From Bugula neritina (taxonomy: Eukaryota; Animalia; Bryozoa), in contig OZ037766.1 of the NCBI GenBank assembly GCA_964035545.1, positions 2,790,001 to 2,854,000 of the forward strand: a stretch of 64,000 nucleotides of DNA. Direction: 5' to 3'. The notes under the pieces were generated by a model. It was given only the letters and a program-made list of their open reading frames with translations, was not told the origin of the DNA and made no database searches. Both the position numbers and the translations under genes were made by a program. This document shows, piece after piece, positions 12,001-33,721 of this stretch. Every line of letters begins with the position of its first letter. The first letter of the stretch is position 1.

Positions 12001-15000
12001 CCCTCAGGTTCTTGCACACTGTAAATAGTTGCTATGTAGCCCATTTCCTTAAACTTAGATGCAGATATTAGATGTGAATATCAACTTGGATATAGATATG
12101 AATAGGGGTTCACGACATTTTAATTTAAGGTGATGATTTTTCCATCAGCATAAAATGCTTTAACTCTCCAAATTAAACTGAAAATAAGCACTTTTTCAGA
12201 CAGTATCTAATCATAACTAAGCCTTGACCTTTGGCCAACAGCGACTGACCTTTGACCCTGAAGAACTCTGGTTTGGGAGGAGGAAGATCAGACTTGGCCT
12301 GAACATACTGTTCATGGCAGAGCACCTTATACGGGGAGAGATTGAGCACAGATTCTTCTGCAGAGAAAAGAGCAGAAGGCAATAATTTCTGCACTGAAAA
12401 ACTGATGGCAGGCAAAGAATTTGTTATATAAGTAAACTACAAACTGCAACACAAAATCGTATGCAGATACAACAAAACACATTAAAATAATGATTAGTCA
12501 ATTAAGGAAACCAACTCATGTGTTCTCTCAAAAAATCTAAATATATATCAAGTTTAATGGTCTGAACACTCCTTAAATATATGATAAACCAGCACCAGAT
12601 GACAGAAGGTTATTAATGTGAAATGCATATTAAATGATATATTTAACATAAGATTAAAGAAATCTTTAGCATAAGATCAAAGTTGATTGATTCACAAAGG
12701 AAGTCAAAGAATTGATACTATAAGAAGTATAGCAACACCCGATACTCATGCAATAACAAGTGCAGATGCAGAATCTATTAAAACTTCCATCAGTTACAGA
12801 TAGTATTTATGATTGTTGCAGCTACAGCATCATACTATATAGAGTATACCAGTTTCATCAAATATATCCATTGCATTTCTGATCAAGTGGAAAAAGAAAA
12901 TAAAATCTCAGGCAAAACATTGTTTTCAAAGTGAAAATTATTTTAAAAATAGTCAAATTAAAAAAAAACTAAATTTTTAGTTATCAAGTATTCTTTTAAA
13001 TTCCTTGAAAATATACTACAAAACTAATTATTGAAAATTTATCATTAAATCTGAACTAGATGAATAACACAACCAGACTCAAAGTTAGTAGTGACAGTAC
13101 TAAATATCCTACCATGTGAATTATTGAAGATAAACTCCCGGGAATATCGCTCAGTGTCCACTACAGCCTGACTGATCATCGTGCGGAAGACAGCGCCGAG
13201 GGACGTGAGTTCGTGTAGCAGGGACAGCAAGTGCTCTCCGTCATCCAAGTTGAACACTACACCGGTATCTGTAGCTACGGGGTCGGTGAGACCACCCGAT
13301 GTTAGCCACTCTACAGTTATAACGTAGAACCAGGCTATACATACTAATACATTCAGATGTACATGTGTGTTATGATTACAATGATATTTTTCAGTTTCAA
13401 TGCTACTCATGTACATATACTATACGACTAACTTTTTTGCTCTTTACAAAAAGCCATGCAACTGGTAAATCTATGATTTTCCGAAAGCTGATATGATTAA
13501 TCAGCATTATGGAATAATATATCAATACAATATATTTAAAAGCAATGTGAAATCTATGAAAACAGAAAAATGGATGAACAAATAATAACCTTTCACAACA
13601 TGTATGGTGTTTGAAATAAAACAAAATGAGAATAAAAAATAGGATATGGCTAAGTAATGGTAATGGTCAACATGACTAAATAATCCAGCAGTGAAATTAT
13701 AGCAGCAGCATCATAACTAACAATTAAGTAGCAGTAACTGTGTCACTATTACTACAATCACTGCTACAACTCCTTTGCGATGAAATGCTGTTTCAGCTGA
13801 ATAAATTTATGAGTCATAGAAGGCATGAGTCATCTTATAGGCATGCTGACTCATTACTTCCACAGAAATGTTCACGAAAAGAATTAAGGTTATGCAAGTC
13901 TTTCTAGGAATGATTTTCAGTGGCCTTAATAAAATAACTGCACTATTACCAAAAATTACAGAATAGTTATAGTTATCATGACAATAACAAAAGTACAAAG
14001 GATTAAAAAAGCCACCTTTAACTAAGAGTTATTATTAAAAGCTTTGCTGCACCTGAAACAGCTAAGTGACAAATGGTAACTTCCACAGTTACAATAGACA
14101 ACTATGGGTTGGTGAAAACTGTTGAGTTACCATTACGTAGGTTTTAGAATAGAAAAAGCAAGGAATCTCTGCAGGCTATTAAAGATGCAAGTACAAATCA
14201 CAGACACCACCAGCAAATATTATGACATTTAATTTTTAAATAAAATTATAACACATATCTAAAAAATTAGAGCTTTAGCACTGGATGCACTTTCAAAAAG
14301 TTGTAAATATCCAACAATTCTTTAATAGCTAGTAATTAATTGTGCTATCCACTATATAACTTTTGCATAGAGGTATATAACAGAAGTAAAGCACTTAACT
14401 AACCTTGATGCTTGGTCCGTAGATAGTATATGAACCTGGTGATAAGTCGTGGGATAACATGTTTAGCAGTGGCTGTAACCTCTGCAGGTATAGCTTTGGG
14501 AGCACTTTCTTGCTGCCCGTGCTTCGTGCAGAACCTGAAATACACACCTCTATGTGTTGCACAATCAATACTTATATGTTTCACATGGTAGAAGGTAGAG
14601 CAACTCTATGTCTGACTTTTTTATGCATTAGTACAGTTCCATATAACAAAAATTTATTTTCAAACAGAAGAAAGTTACTTACCGAATATTACAAATGACA
14701 CCATACTATACATTAAGTACTAGTTAGCATTAAATTGAAATTGTTATTTTCTTATACTTCTACTTTATACTCACCCTGACGGCTTCATAACGTTGGGATC
14801 GCCGCAATCACAAGCTCCACCAGCATGACTGCGGAACATGTTGAAATCATGACCTGTATGATCTGCGCCATAAAAACAATCTGGGCACAGTGACATACAA
14901 GGCGAGATACCACAGGTCCTGCAGCGATATGCTATAAATTTAGCCGTCCACACTAAGCCACAAACCTTAGCATTATCAAATTGACGCACTGTAACAAAAA

Positions 15001-15420
15001 AATGCAATGTTATAAGCACAGTTTACGTATGTAGCAATGTGGTGAACAAATACTAAAAAAAGATTTACATTAAAATAGATTTTTGACTCAAATGAAGTTG
15101 GTAGCAACTATGAACAAATTCAACAATTTGCACCATCACAGATCATCTTTAAACATGTTAGACTACTAACCATTTTCTGCGTAATCTTTAAAATCTATTC
15201 CACCAGCAACGATACTTTTGCACCAATCAGCAGCTTCTATGTCAAATGATTTTTCAGGATCCAACAAAAACTTCAATATTTCTTCTAGTTGTTGAGGTTC
15301 AGTACCGCAGCTCACGCCATTGTTAGACACACGGCAGCATTCACTTTTTATTTGCACAGCTACCTGTCGCTTACTTCTTTTAAGTATTGCGAGTTGTGGG
15401 CTAGATTCGTTAGAAGCCAT
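25..15420 (-). CDS. UBR3: E3 ubiquitin-protein ligase UBR3 (UBR-box family), 5' part; 3' end lies beyond the left edge of the window
   Basis: Hand-joined GT-AG exons: 15420-15171, 14988-14775, 14534-14404, 13310-13113, 12393-12250, 12018-11819, 11588-11490, 11113-10975, 10581-10405, 9759-9608, 8655-8534, 8293-8182, 7926-7798, 7402-7261, 6826-6633, 1268-1102, 962-815, 396-295, 65-25. UBR box [50 protein letters not shown]3-like motifs [83 protein letters not shown]. Confidence 0.95.
712..832. repeat. 40-41 bp minisatellite (3 copies) containing a UBR3 exon end and 5' splice site
   Basis: ggtgc(g/a)gggaaccccctaccttatgcaggatgtt(g/a)aag repeated three times; minus strand reads CATCCTGCATAAG|gtaggggg. 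Confidence 0.9.
1496..2621 (+). CDS. Secreted single-domain C-type lectin 1 (perlucin/lectin-like), nested antisense in UBR3 intron
   Basis: Exon 1 1496-1535 encodes signal peptide [14 protein letters not shown]|gtatgt donor. Exon 2 2167-2621 encodes the CTLD: [41 protein letters not shown] and WND motifs present. Confidence 0.92.
1558..1902. repeat. Purine-rich (GA) minisatellite in the intron of lectin 1
   Basis: Repeated gggagagagtgagggggagaga(a/g)ggt units; it accounts for the spurious ORFs at 1424-1990. Confidence 0.9.
3120..4127 (+). CDS. Secreted single-domain C-type lectin 2, nested antisense in UBR3 intron
   Basis: Exon 1 3120-3177 ([20 protein letters not shown]|gtaagt). Exon 2 3679-4127 CTLD with WIGG, EPNN, WND, FICE. 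Confidence 0.92.
4785..5631 (+). CDS. Secreted single-domain C-type lectin 3, nested antisense in UBR3 intron
   Basis: Exon 1 4785-4830 ([16 protein letters not shown]|gtaagt). Exon 2 5198-5631 CTLD with WIGG, EPNN, WND, FICE. AATAAA follows at about 5662. Confidence 0.92.
7911..8167. repeat. Intronic minisatellite (37-bp then ~21-bp units) containing a duplicated UBR3 3' splice site
   Basis: ctcgtagaatgctacctagcaacataataaca units grading into cacctagcaacatgacaacaaa units; fills nearly all of intron 7927-8181. Confidence 0.88.
9362..9622. repeat. 55-bp minisatellite containing a duplicated UBR3 exon end and donor site
   Basis: cacacagc(c/a)(c/g)agtaaacagagtggagagaatac(t/c)caccaggtgtct units; donor copies at 9608, 9553 and 9498. 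Confidence 0.88.
11133..11257. repeat. 22-bp intronic minisatellite next to a UBR3 acceptor
   Basis: gatgatgtagtagacaagtagt x5-6. Confidence 0.85.
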
Positions 15421-18083
15421 GGTTACATGTACGTCCAGATCTTGAAGTGAGATCTGATATTAAATATACCTAATCCCACAGACTTTCAAAGTTGAACGTC
15501 CGTATCCCTATCAGTTATGGCTCGAGTCAAGCTAAAACCAGATTTTAATGTTCGATAAGTATATTTTTCAAGAGTATCACTATCAGAGTCAGTATAAGTA
15601 TGACGACCAGACTCAGATTTAGTTACACTTACAGTTAGTGTTACAGTCTCAAGTAACAATTTTCGCTATGAATATGAGACTCAGAGTCAGACTGAGTGGT
15701 ACTGATGGCATCCGAATCCGTATCAGTAAATGTAATACTGTCACTATCAGTATCAGTGTGGTTAAACGATTTAGATTGAGTATGAATACAAACTTAAAAT
15801 GAAAACCAAAGATAAATGTGCAATACAACGACAATCACAATGTCAATCAGTATCACTATCACTATCAGAATGTTAAACTCAAAGTCAATGTGAATGTGAA
15901 TGTGAATTCAATTTAATAAATCATAAACTACCAAGTCAAATACTTAGTAAATAAGAGCGGGAAACAGAATAACAAATGTCTACAAGAACCATTTTACACT
16001 ATCGTAATTTTATGCAGACAAGTGAAGTAGATCCTTAATCAATTTTAAGGAATACGCCTATGATCAGCGTAACATTACATGTCTGATTAAAATTCATAAC
16101 CAAGAGCTCCAATTTTATTCCAAGTATGAGACGTTCCGCGAATGTTGCCAAGTAATTGCCTTTCTGTATCAAAGAGTGATAAATTAACGACACGCCCTTA
16201 AAGTCACTAATAAAGTATTGTTTTGCTCCGATAAATAAAATAGTATTGCGAATAACGACATACTAAAATACTTTAACATCGGTAACCATACTCAAATGAG
16301 AGGGCTCGATAATTTCCCTCCATAAATACACACATTTTAAACTCTGGCCTAGCGGCTCATGTGGTTTCGCTTTGCTCGCGGCTGCTGTCATGTGATTGCA
16401 ACCACTGAGCTGGAATAATTATTGAGTTCATTGATTGCAACATCGTAGCCTCATTATGATTATGATAATCATAATAACTTTGTTTTTGGCTGTAGATAGC
16501 TGTTATGAATGCTTGTGTTGGCATAAGTCATAACTATATTTTTTGTAAAAGTAAATAGGAAAGGAAATTAATTAACAATTTTGGCAATGATTTCCATTTT
16601 GATTATGATGGTAAATAATTCTGATGTGAATCAGAATGTAAATCAAATTTTATTTAAATTTTCAATAAAATTAGTAAAATAGTATTACGAATTACTATTA
16701 GTATTAGTAATTTAATTACTAATTCGCAATTAGATATAATAACTATGATTAATTTATTTAAATTGTAAATGAACATAATAATGTAAATATTTACACTTAG
16801 AGTTAGTGACTTACAGTTACTCAATCGCTTTTAGTTTTAGTCAGTTTTACTATGTCTATTGTCTATGACTATAACTATTAGTATTAGATTAAGATTTACT
16901 TTTAGTTTTAGTAATACTAATAGTAATAGTAATACTAAAATTTATTAGTTTTACTTTTAGACTTAGTCTTAGTATTATAAATGTAATTACGTGTCAGTGT
17001 ATTACTATTAGTATTACTATTAGTATCTTAATCTGTATTACTCTAACTGTTAGTAATAATATTAGTACACTATGACATGGCCATGGGCATTGACATAGCT
17101 AGAAGTATAAGTCTATTACTATTAGTGTTAGAGTTAGTATCAGTACGTATTATTATTTTATGTCTTCCAGGGTGTTTCAACAGGCTTTTAATTATCATTA
17201 TGACTGCTTGTGTTTTTTAGTCTAAGGTTATCAAGTCTTTTGTTATATTGCCATGAGAAAAAACTTAAGATTCATTCTACAATTTAAGCAGTGACATCTA
17301 ACAATGCATTATGTAAGGTCCAATCATACTTTAGCATTGTGTTGTGTAGTACATTTTACAGCATACTAAACATTATTTTGGTTCGAATTATCAAATTTAA
17401 AATCTTATAAAATACCCCAAAAAGTTGCTGAGCCATAGAAGATCTTGAGTCGTGTTTCAATTCTTTAACATATTTTATAAAATGTACCTTTTGCTGGCCA
17501 AAACTCCTTAATATATGTTGAGTATCGGGGACCTGAAAAATAGGTCAATTGTTTAGCATATGTACCTCATGTTTTCATGATACCTGGGAACTGGTTTCGT
17601 TTACCTAGAGTCATATGATTCTCTTGTCAATCTATCAGCATGAGATTTTACTTGTGTGCTTTGTTATCAGCTATATGAGCTGATTTATCAATATAAGCAT
17701 TGTTTCATTTTATCTATTGTTAAATAGTATACATATGTTTTGCTTATCTCAACAACTGTGATAACTGAAATTATTCACAAGGATTGGAATAAGTAGCAAT
17801 ACATGCTGTGGGAAACGTAGTGTTGGTTTTTAAAAATAGCTTTGGTAGTTTTAGGGAAAATAGTTGGATATGTTAAGCAACTTCTAGTTAATATTTGTTC
17901 TCTGTGTGCCTTAGAGATCAAGTCTATTTAAACTTTCAGAACTGAATGCAGCTATAGCTGATGTTTTGATCACTTATTTACATTCATTTGGAAGGCAGTA
18001 CTTACGCTTATATAAATAGGCGATAAAGAAAAGAGTTATTATATAGAACTTGTATATTTTAGAGTTGAAATAAGTTTGAAGTT

Positions 18084-28662
<10,579 letters not shown>

Positions 28663-29963
28663 ACCTGGGCCTACAGTTACCACAGCCACGGCGATGTCTA
28701 GTGACCAATCATCTAATTTCTATTTGGATTAAATCAGCCCTATTTATTTTAATTTTTTATTTAATTGTTTGACATGTGATGACAGAGAATGTAAAAAACA
28801 TGATTTCATGTTCTTTGATTTATTTAAACTCGAATGCTATGGCACTAGAGATTTCAATCAACTTTATTGATCTAATTATTCTATACTTAACTGACTCTAA
28901 TATTAAGGTTTCTAATTTTGCAAAGCCACATATGTATTAGTTTATTACAACAGAATAAAATTTATTGCAATAGTTAATATTTTTATCACTATTCACATAC
29001 ACCCATTATAACAGATAGGTTAGGTCTCCCCTAATCTGTGTGTTCAGAAATGGGCTATATATTATTATTATTATTATTATTTCACATGATGCGGAACACG
29101 TCTGTTGCTATAACCCAATTTTTTGATTTTAAAAAATTTTGCATAATTTTAATTGAGCATCAACAATCAAATTAAATTGTCAAATAGTGATTAGCATACT
29201 GTTTATTGAAATTTTCACAAGTGTATATCTTCTATCTTTTTTATAAAACTAATAAAACTACACAATTATGCAAAAGAAAGAATTTCTCAATAGATCAATC
29301 GTCATATGATATGACCGAGTAAGTAGTATAAAAGGGAATGTAAAGAAATTAATAAAACAGTAATTCACTTAACATATAGTCTAAAAAATAGTGCAAGTTG
29401 TGTATCAAAAGATTTTCAACAAAACAAATATCTTGTACACCATACAAGAGTGTAAGAGAAATAATAATATTGCAGTATTTTTAATAGCTGCACAAAATAA
29501 TAAAGTAGTATATTAGTGGAGTTAGTTTTCACCCATTTTTATCTAATGGAACATTTTATAATTAAAATTTCATAACAGTAGAAGAAATGATGAGTATAAC
29601 AGCTCAAAAGAGATTCAATTTTACGTAATACAATTATGGTACATTTTATCTTTCCTCTAGTGAGATGTGATGTTTATTAACACAAGTATGTCTGAGGTAG
29701 ATTTAACATGTTTCAAACTCTGAGATATAATGAAAAGTGCCAAGGGGCAGAAAACCTGTTAAAGCATTGATTAAATGAATATGGAGTAAAAAAACTAACA
29801 AATCTTATGCTCAAACTCTGCAACCTGAAAAATGAATATGCATACTCCAAACTTTGAAATTGCCTCCTCAAATGAATTTCCACATTCTGATTACATAGAT
29901 ATTTCGATTCTATATGTCTAACCTGTATATATTCAGCAAATATTTTAGCTCACAAGTTTTCAA

Positions 29964-31352
29964 TTAGTCGCAAGTGACAGTGTTTGGTAGAGTGAATGGA
30001 TCTCCCCAGCTAGTAAGATCATAAAATTGCAAGTAAACATTGGCTCTCTTTATCATCTCTGCAGATATTTCAACACTGCAAGTCTTATCCCTGCCCATAT
30101 AAGTGCCCTTCTGACTGTCTTCAGCCAAAACATCTATTATCAACCCATACCGTTCATCAGTCAGTTCTAAGTTGATGTAACGAAACAGAGTTTGCAAATA
30201 TTTCATTTGATTGCTTAACCAGTGCTCATATTTAAACGCTGGCATAGCCCGAGAGCTGGGCACCCGTTCATTATACTCTCTAAAGTGAAAACATATCTCC
30301 GCCCAATTCAGGATAAAACCAAAAAACCGAAGCTCACAGGGTTTTGGAATATTTTGCTTCTTGAAAATATACTCCAGGTGGGTCTTGTCATCACAAGAAT
30401 TATACATGAACCCAAGAGGTCGAATACTGGGAAATATCCCAGATAGAATTTTGTTGGTAGCAATGTATGAAGTTACATCTGAAGGCAACTCTACTTTTGC
30501 CAGTAGGTTGTAGATTGAGGTGACTTGTTTTTCTACTTCTCTGTACATGAAGATGTTTTTGAACTTAGGAAACAACTTTGGCAAAAGCTTCATATCGGCT
30601 GTAGCAACAGTCGGTGAACCCTTGACAATTATAACACTGGCGTCCTTTTGGCTTGGCTTGAGTAACAGACATGTAGCTGCGTAAAATGTTCTCATATATT
30701 GCTCGGAAAACTCAGGTTTCTTGTTCCAATTCCCGAAATTCTTATACTTATAGACTTGATTAAGAGAGAAACAGCACTGCGGCTCAGATATGCAGGTCAC
30801 ATCTGGTAAGGCATTGAATGCTTGAGCTACAGCTGTGGAGCCACATCTTCCAGGATGGTGAATCCAGACCACTTTTGTGGTGGGTTCACCTATGACCTTT
30901 GATAACCGAATAAGAGAGCTGACTGGCATTATCAAAATATAGTTAGCAGCTTGATGCATTGCTTCAAACAAAAATGGCCACTTTCTCACATCTAACACGT
31001 TAACTTCAGGTGAAGGTACACAGAAGATAGCTTCTTTATCAGTTACTGTCATAAGTGTTATGTGTTTCTGTAGAGAATATTCTGGGTGTACAAACTTCAC
31101 ATGTGTTGATAAAAAGTGTCTCTGATAAAGAATAGTGAAAGGCGTAGGCTTAGATCTTGACCAGACTTTGAGCAGCTGTGCAGATGTTTCATATTCCTCC
31201 CCGACTTTGCATCTGTCCAAATGACTTTGAATACCAGCTATTCTCCAAGATATTAGTTGACAGATGCGTAGTAAACCGTAAAGTACAAGGTGAAATAAAT
31301 ATAGTACTACACTGATATAGGCCTGAAAGGTATAAGCATTCCAGGCACTCAT
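29964..31352 (-). CDS. Sulfotransferase-fold protein (PAPS-dependent sulfotransferase-like), intronless CDS, N-terminal hydrophobic anchor, 462 aa
   Basis: Uninterrupted ORF. 5'-PSB-like loop HHPGRCGST, 3'-PB-like IFMYRE..QVTS, and FKYEHW (YEDL-like). N-terminal hydrophobic segment AYISVVLYLFHLVLYGLL. Confidence 0.8.
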   Translation of the reverse strand: MSAWNAYTFQAYISVVLYLFHLVLYGLLRICQLISWRIAGIQSHLDRCKVGEEYETSAQLLKVWSRSKPTPFTILYQRHFLSTHVKFVHPEYSLQKHITLMTVTDKEAIFCVPSPEVNVLDVRKWPFLFEAMHQAANYILIMPVSSLIRLSKVIGEPTTKVVWIHHPGRCGSTAVAQAFNALPDVTCISEPQCCFSLNQVYKYKNFGNWNKKPEFSEQYMRTFYAATCLLLKPSQKDASVIIVKGSPTVATADMKLLPKLFPKFKNIFMYREVEKQVTSIYNLLAKVELPSDVTSYIATNKILSGIFPSIRPLGFMYNSCDDKTHLEYIFKKQNIPKPCELRFFGFILNWAEICFHFREYNERVPSSRAMPAFKYEHWLSNQMKYLQTLFRYINLELTDERYGLIIDVLAEDSQKGTYMGRDKTCSVEISAEMIKRANVYLQFYDLTSWGDPFTLPNTVTCD

Positions 31353-32573
31353 AATGCCAATATTAAATCAATAACTAATAAATTATTTATGCATACGACT
31401 ATTTGAACTAGTTTATCCCAATTAGCATTTCAACCTTGTACTAAATTCCTTGCATGTACTCATAGTGATAGAAAAGCTCAATAGCTGAATAAATTAATAT
31501 TGAAGAAATCTATTGTCCTTGACTCAATATTCTCATGACTTTGAGTCATGCATCAGCATTCAATATGAGGATAATTTGTCTCCAACATGATAACAGCTAC
31601 AATGAAATATGAATACATAATACAGTACAATAGAAACACTCACTTTGTAGTATGTACTGCTAATTTGATTTTAAGCAATACTAATACTAATAGCATATGT
31701 AAATAGAAATACCCATATTGATAGTTACTGTAATTATAATAATACCAATACTAATAGCATCTTCATCTTGAAGTTGATGATCATGATGATCTTTCACTTC
31801 GTCCTTTTTACTTTGACTTTCCATTCTTAGAGTTAAAAAGTTTAATTATAAGTCAGTAAGCGTAACAGTGGTCGACAAAAAATTACCTGGAAACTCCACA
31901 GTGAATAAGTGAAAAAATATCACCAGGCCAACAATAAAGCCACTCCATACGGAGCTTTCATTAAATCAAGATTGAGTCAGTGTGAGTGTGGGTGTTGAGC
32001 ACTAGGTCCTTGCGGCCGTAGGCAGGATGTTTATGTGCACATCTTTTCTCCTAACGTTCTGACAACACGACTTTTTTAAACATTTATTATTTTGTCAATT
32101 TTAATATAGTTGAAAAACATTTAAAAAAAGTAAAAACACAACATTTTTGCAAATTTTGTTACAAAATAATTATTACGGATCATGTTTTTAGTTGTTGACA
32201 TTTCTGATAAAAAGAACTGTTGCGCACGTTACTTTTTGTAATAGACTATGATCTTACGATACTCATAATTTATTAGAAAATTTGAACCAGTCAGTTGTTG
32301 GACATAGTTACAAGAGCAATTATGAAACATCTTTCGATCACAGACTACAGGATTGTCATGGAGAAGTTTTGTTTGAGAAACATGCGTTATGATTATTAAT
32401 ATAATACTTTTTTATGTACATACTATGATATTTTAGTTGACACAAATATATAAATTATAAAAGATACTTCTTATTTATTGTAATGTTTAATATTTATTGT
32501 TTATATTATTATTGTGCTAATTCTTATAGAATTAGATGTGCATGAAGCTAAAACAAAATCAGCACTACTAGAC

Positions 32574-32620
32574 CTAGTCTAGTAGTAGTACTCATACTAG
32601 ACTAGTACTAGTACTAGTAC

Positions 32621-32675
<55 letters not shown>

Positions 32676-32735
32676 CTGGTAGTAGTACTACTCCTAATAC
32701 TAGTAGTAGTAATACTAGTAGTACTACTACTAATA
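32574..32735. repeat. (AGT)n / TAG low-complexity microsatellite
   Basis: Perfect agt run at 32621-32668 with degenerate flanks. Confidence 0.9.
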
Positions 32736-33721
32736 CTAAAAAAAACACAAACCTAATTCAATTGGAAGTAATTGGAAGTAGCTGCAAAGTATAATAATAA
32801 TTGAATTGAATTATTTTTATTATTGTGATTTGTGTTTTATTTTACAATCACGCTGTAATTTTTCTGTGCAGAAAGTAGGTAAACTCACAGGCCGTGTATG
32901 GGATTATGGTTGTGTTGTGATTCAGATTGGAGTTATGACATAGCTTTTGGTATTAATATAGCTTTGCGTTAGCTGTGAACTGAATGCAGATGTGAACAGC
33001 TGGGACCTTACAATTCTAACTTGAACCTGGTAAGTTGGACTAGTCTTACACATACATTCTCTCTATCAAAAAATTATTTTCAGTCGAGTAAATCAAATAT
33101 AATATTACCTAATATAGAATCATTTTTGCTCACACTTATAAGGTTGACAGTACAAACATAAGTTAAATTGTTTCAATTCACTTTTTGTGTTAGAACTATT
33201 TCAATTTTTATAGAAAAATTTGTAACAACAAATAGTTATATTATGCCAAATAAGTTAAAATTAAGTATAACAAACATACAACTGAAACTGTGAACTATTC
33301 CTGGTATCATGTCACGTGTGTAACTTACCCAAAAAATCTACCAGTTGAGTTTGCCAATTGGCATATTGTAAATGTAAGAAAGCGGTGTTCAGGAAATACT
33401 ACCGTAGTTATATACGCAAATGACAAGATAAAGTTAAGAAGCGTATAAAATTCGTGTGAAATTATTATATGAATGGTTCATTTTGTAATGAAAATATTGT
33501 TTTTGTGTTCAAAGTGCATTTTTGTAATAAAGGTGGGACACTTCGAGAACAGAATCATTTGTACTAAGCTAAGCGGTTTATTAATATGAAGAGCAGAGCT
33601 TTTTCAGTATGTATAGGCAATTAAATAGTGATGTAATGCGTTGAGAAACTACTATGTTAAGTCTTTTAATAGACATATTACTGGTATTTATAGCTGCTTA
33701 AATCTAATATTTAAACTGAAT

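Noticed and set aside
13132-13142. Possible non-canonical GG donor (C|gggagt) in UBR3 exon 4
   Set aside because: A canonical in-phase G|gtagga donor exists at 13113, so no non-canonical site is needed.
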